Part shown: in pieces, positions 60,906-64,000 of the stretch
Layout of the letters: each line of letters begins with the position of its first letter
Numbering within the stretch: the stretch's first letter is position 1
Origin: Nitrospirota bacterium
Lineage (GTDB): Bacteria > Nitrospirota > UBA9217
Direction: 5' to 3'
DNA: 64,000 nucleotides
NCBI GenBank assembly: GCA_035623825.1
Contig: DASPSR010000045.1
Span: 23,630-87,629, forward strand
Program-made: the position numbers and the translations under genes
Notes under the pieces: model-generated
Seen by the model: only the letters and a program-made list of their open reading frames with translations
What the model was told of the DNA's origin: nothing
Databases searched by the model: none

Positions 60906-61348
60906 GATTTTACTCCTTTCCACCTGCACTGGTATTCGATCATCCTTTACAATTATATTATAGCTCTTCTTGACATTCTCCTAAGAAATATCTCTTCCGC
61001 CTGTTTCAAAGTCTGAAATTATTCGATGGCCCTCCAACCTTCCCGCGATATCTGGATCTTTTGCTATACTATTGTTTATTAGAGGTTTCGTGAGAAGCTG
61101 CTGAAAAAACGGGCTTTACCAGTTCGGCAACTGTGTCACTGTTCCCTCTCAGGGGTCATGGGGAGCACGGGGTGCTGTCAGACGAAAGGAACTGAGGAAG
61201 GGAGATAGGGAAACCAAAGTTGTATCCATTGTGTGAATGTTGACCGGCTTAGTACTGCACTTCTTGCCAGCAATCCTGCTCTTTGCTTCATGTGATGGCA
61301 GACGCAGACTTTAGAGATAATTATTTTCAATAGAGGAGGCGATGCATT

Positions 61349-61558
61349 ATGAAATACGGTGCGAGAAATAACATCAAAGCGACAGTAACATCGGTAAAAA
61401 AAGGCGATGTCATGGCGTTGGTCAAATTCAAAGTGACCACCCCTCCCGAGATGGCTTCAGTACTTACCACCGAATCCGTCGAAGCCTTGGAACTCAAACC
61501 GGGCGATGCAGTTCAGCTGATTGTTAAAGCCATTCACGTATTACCCATAAAAGAGTAA
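61349..61558 (+). CDS. TOBE/Mop molybdate- or tungstate-binding protein
   Basis: GARNNIKATVT, SVLTTESV..LELKPGD.V...VKA; GAGGAGG RBS. Confidence 0.9.
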   Translation: MKYGARNNIKATVTSVKKGDVMALVKFKVTTPPEMASVLTTESVEALELKPGDAVQLIVKAIHVLPIKE

Positions 61559-61798
61559 ATGCCAGAGCTGTATTACTGTATATAGAAAGCCTGGGAATAA
61601 ACCCGCAAGGGTCGCTATCACTGGAAGGGAAGCTGGAAATTGTCATTTTCCGGTTATGACCTTTGTCGAGACCCTCATCCTAAACTTCGCAAGGCTTGCC
61701 TCTAGCAGTTACTGCATCCTTCAACAAAGACGCACGTCTAGCAACGGAATGGAGTGTGTATTTCTGTATGGTCTCCCCCCGAAAAAGTGGACACCTGG

Positions 61799-62690
61799 TT
61801 AAGTTTCTTTCAGGGTCTTTTCGTACTGTTCCGGGCTCTTATATCCCAATCCCGAGTGTTTTCTGACCCGGTTGTAGAAAACCTCTACATACTCAAAAAT
61901 GCTTAGTTTAGCTTCTTCCTGCGTTCGATATCGTTCACCGTGGACCAGCTCCCGTTTGAGCGTGCTGAAGAAAGACTCCATGTAAGCATTATCATAACAA
62001 TTGCCTTTTCTACTCATGCTCGGCGTTATGCCGTAGCGCCTCAAGAGCGCCTGGTATCCATAACAGGCGTACTGCCTGCCGCGATCAGAATGATGGATCA
62101 GACCCATGGTCGGCTTTTCTCTCGTCACAGCCTGCTTGAATGCTGCGGTTGTCAGATCCTCCGATAGCTGGTTCTTCATGGACAGCCCGATGATCTTTCT
62201 GCTCTGCACGCTCATGACCGCCGACACGTAGAGCCAGCCCTCCTTGGTCGGAACATACGTGATATCCGATGCCCAAAGAGGACCTTTATGGTTACGATCG
62301 ATCAGCAAATTGGCAGCCAGCGAATAGTTATGTTTTGACTCCGTGGTAGCCTTCCTGAACCTCCTCTTTAATTCCGCCCGAATCCCGTTATCTTTCATGA
62401 TCCTGGCGATCCGGTGATTCCCCCATCGGGTCCCCTGGTCGCGAAGCTCTGCCGTTATCCTGGGGCTACCGTAGATCCTTCTGCTTTTCTGATGAATCTC
62501 TTTTACGCGGTCCAGGAGCTGCTCGTTCTCTTTCCACCGTTTTCCCGGTTTTCGATTCCTCCACGCATAATAACCACTTCGAGATACTTCCAAGACCTCG
62601 CACATCTTCGTAAGCCGGTGGATCCCCCGGTGTCTTTCAATGAACAGGTACTTTACCAGTTCCGTTTGGAAAACACGCCCAAGGCTTTTT
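61799..62690 (-). CDS. IS3 transposase OrfB (DDE), reached by -1 frameshift
   Basis: WASDITY, HHSDRGRQY, GNCYDNAYMESFF; frame open back to the A7G slippery site at 62685-62692. Confidence 0.92.
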
Positions 62691-62943
62691 TTAAAATATC
62701 CCGCTCTTCCTTGACATCATCCAATTCTTTCCGGAGACGTCTTATCTCTGCGTCTTCGGGTTTCACGCCCTTACCGGTAAAAGCTCCATCTCCTTCCATT
62801 TCGAACCGTCTTCTCCATTGATGAATCAAATTCGGATGGACATCGAGATCTCGGGCCACCTTCTTGACAGGTATGCCTTTCTCCAGTACCATGCTTACTG
62901 CATTTCTCTTGAATTCATCATTGAACTGCCTTTTCGCCCCCAT
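62653..62943 (-). CDS. IS3 transposase OrfA
   Basis: EFKRNAV...VARDLDV..NLIHQWR, EERDILKKA; GAGGAGG RBS. Confidence 0.92.
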   Translation of the reverse strand: MGAKRQFNDEFKRNAVSMVLEKGIPVKKVARDLDVHPNLIHQWRRRFEMEGDGAFTGKGVKPEDAEIRRLRKELDDVKEERDILKKALGVFSKRNW

Positions 62944-63157
62944 TTGGACCTCCTCTCGCAATTGTACAACTATTTGAGGTGTCCATCAAATCGGGGGAGG
63001 CTCAGTATGAAATGTTGGTGGCGCTATTCGTCGAAACCATATTAAAATTCCTTGTTACATCGCAATTTTTCACGTTCGTTAGAACGGCATCTTTCAACCC
63101 GAAGTTTTGCATACCCCAATATGGGAAAGAATAAAAAAACTTGCTCTTTTGGAGATA

Positions 63158-63184
63158 ATAGTATATATTAAAAATATATACTAT
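63158..63184. promoter_or_regulatory. vapBC operator palindrome
   Basis: ATAGTATATATT-AAA-AATATATACTAT just upstream of the RBS. Confidence 0.7.
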
Positions 63185-63199
63185 AAGAGGTGGTGCGAT

Positions 63200-63427
63200 A
63201 TGAAAACAGCTAAACTGTTTAAAAACGGCCAAAGCCAAGCTGTTCGTTTGCCTAAGGAATTCCGGTTCGAGGATGACCACGTGTTCGTTAAGAAATCCGG
63301 AAATGCTGTAGTACTTCTTCCAGCTAAGAATTCTTGGGACGTCCTAATACACAGCTTAAATAAGTTTTCCAATGACTTTATGGCTGAGAGGGAACAGCCG
63401 GCCATCCAAAAGCGGGAGACCTTTTGA
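63200..63427 (+). CDS. vapB: VapB antitoxin (AbrB/MazE fold)
   Basis: MKTAKLFKNGQSQAVRLPKEFRF; start moved to ATG 63200. Confidence 0.93.
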   Translation: MKTAKLFKNGQSQAVRLPKEFRFEDDHVFVKKSGNAVVLLPAKNSWDVLIHSLNKFSNDFMAEREQPAIQKRETF

Positions 63428-63828
63428 TGAAGTATTTGCTCGATACTAATATTTGCATTTACCTCATCAAGCAGAAACCGCTCAAACTACTGAAGCATTT
63501 CAAGTCCCATAAAGTTGGCGACATCGGTATTTCCTCTATAACCCTCGCGGAGCTTCGTTACGGCGTATCGAAAAGCCAGCATGTAGAGAAAAATCGTCAG
63601 GCTTTAGATGAGTTTATCCTTCCTCTTGAGATTGAAGACTTCGATGAAAAGGCAGCTGCCGAATATGGAAATATGAGGGCTGACCTAGAAAAAACAGGAA
63701 AACCTATTGGGTCTATGGATATGTTGATCGGTGCTCATGCCCTTGCTCTCGGTGTTACGCTCGTCACCAATAATATTAAAGAGTTTAAGCAGATAAAAGA
63801 CCTAAAAGTCATTGATTGGAGCTCATGA
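63424..63828 (+). CDS. vapC: VapC PIN toxin
   Basis: YLLDTNICIY, ELRYG, DMLIGAHA, LVTNNIKEF. Confidence 0.94.
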   Translation: MMKYLLDTNICIYLIKQKPLKLLKHFKSHKVGDIGISSITLAELRYGVSKSQHVEKNRQALDEFILPLEIEDFDEKAAAEYGNMRADLEKTGKPIGSMDMLIGAHALALGVTLVTNNIKEFKQIKDLKVIDWSS

Positions 63829-63921
63829 TTATCGGTGAGCCCTTCTTCCGTGCTACAACTACTAATATAAACGCGCTAAATATTGTTACAATTTCGCTGG
63901 ATTTATGCTATACTGGGAGGC

Positions 63922-64000
63922 ATGAATACCTCCCCTTTAAACCCCGATAAAGCATCGAAAGAACAGTTATTGGCGTTAGCCGAGAAATTGCCCGGTGCCT
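63922..64000 (+). CDS. 5' end of an unidentified CDS (MNTSPLNPDKASKEQLLALAEKLPGA...)
   Basis: TGCTATACT extended -10 and GGAGG upstream; frame open to the window end. Confidence 0.5.
   Translation, partial: MNTSPLNPDKASKEQLLALAEKLPGA

Larger units (their letters stand above)
61769..63004 (-). mobile_element. Intact IS3-family insertion sequence, 1236 bp
   Basis: TG...CA ends, 27-bp imperfect IRs (TGGTCTCCCCCCGAAAAAGTGGACACC / TGAGCCTCCCCCGATTTGATGGACACC), 3-bp TSD GTA at 61766-68 and 63005-07. Confidence 0.95.
59440..64000. mobile_element. tRNA-Pro-adjacent genomic island (right end beyond the window)
   Basis: Shift to AT-richer DNA, two TA pairs, IS3 and apparently decayed DNA; no integrase seen in the window. 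Confidence 0.6.

Noticed and set aside
61559-61768. Gene interrupted by IS3, LexA box or c-di-GMP riboswitch
   Set aside because: Joining the IS flanks gives no convincing ORF, and the motifs do not match consensus

Overview
Mostly GC-rich core-chromosome region of a diderm, probably anaerobic bacterium. The gene set (lptFG, TIGR04442-like protein, MglC-like roadblock, heme-c sensors, HcpR-like Crp/Fnr) suggests Nitrospirota or Desulfobacterota; this is an inference. 1-14 kb holds cytochrome c, PCuAC, two signalling clusters, tldD, a heme-c diguanylate cyclase and mog. 14-38 kb is housekeeping: glk, lepA-lepB, yicC-remA-gmk-rpoZ-coaBC, TPR-roadblock-aroQ-pepP-efp-accBC-thiE, livK/H, purH-like, an Mg transporter pair, nth, queC. 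38-42 kb is a probable nitrosative/redox-stress regulon with two matching Crp/Fnr boxes, split by a lower-GC membrane gene. 42-59 kb holds coaE, lptFG, tlpA, a transglycosylase, smc, an ABC module, and ihfA-merR-tRNA-Pro. After tRNA-Pro an AT-richer island carries two toxin-antitoxin pairs, a TOBE protein and an intact IS3. The ORF track missed three small genes: (1) a 71-aa glutaredoxin-like protein with two in-frame UGA (Sec) codons, each followed by a SECIS-like hairpin (60690-60905, -); (2) a candidate 50-aa membrane selenoprotein beside tlpA (49153-49305, +); (3) a 45-aa CxxC/CxxC protein (38360-38497, -). All calls come from manual reading; no searches were run.
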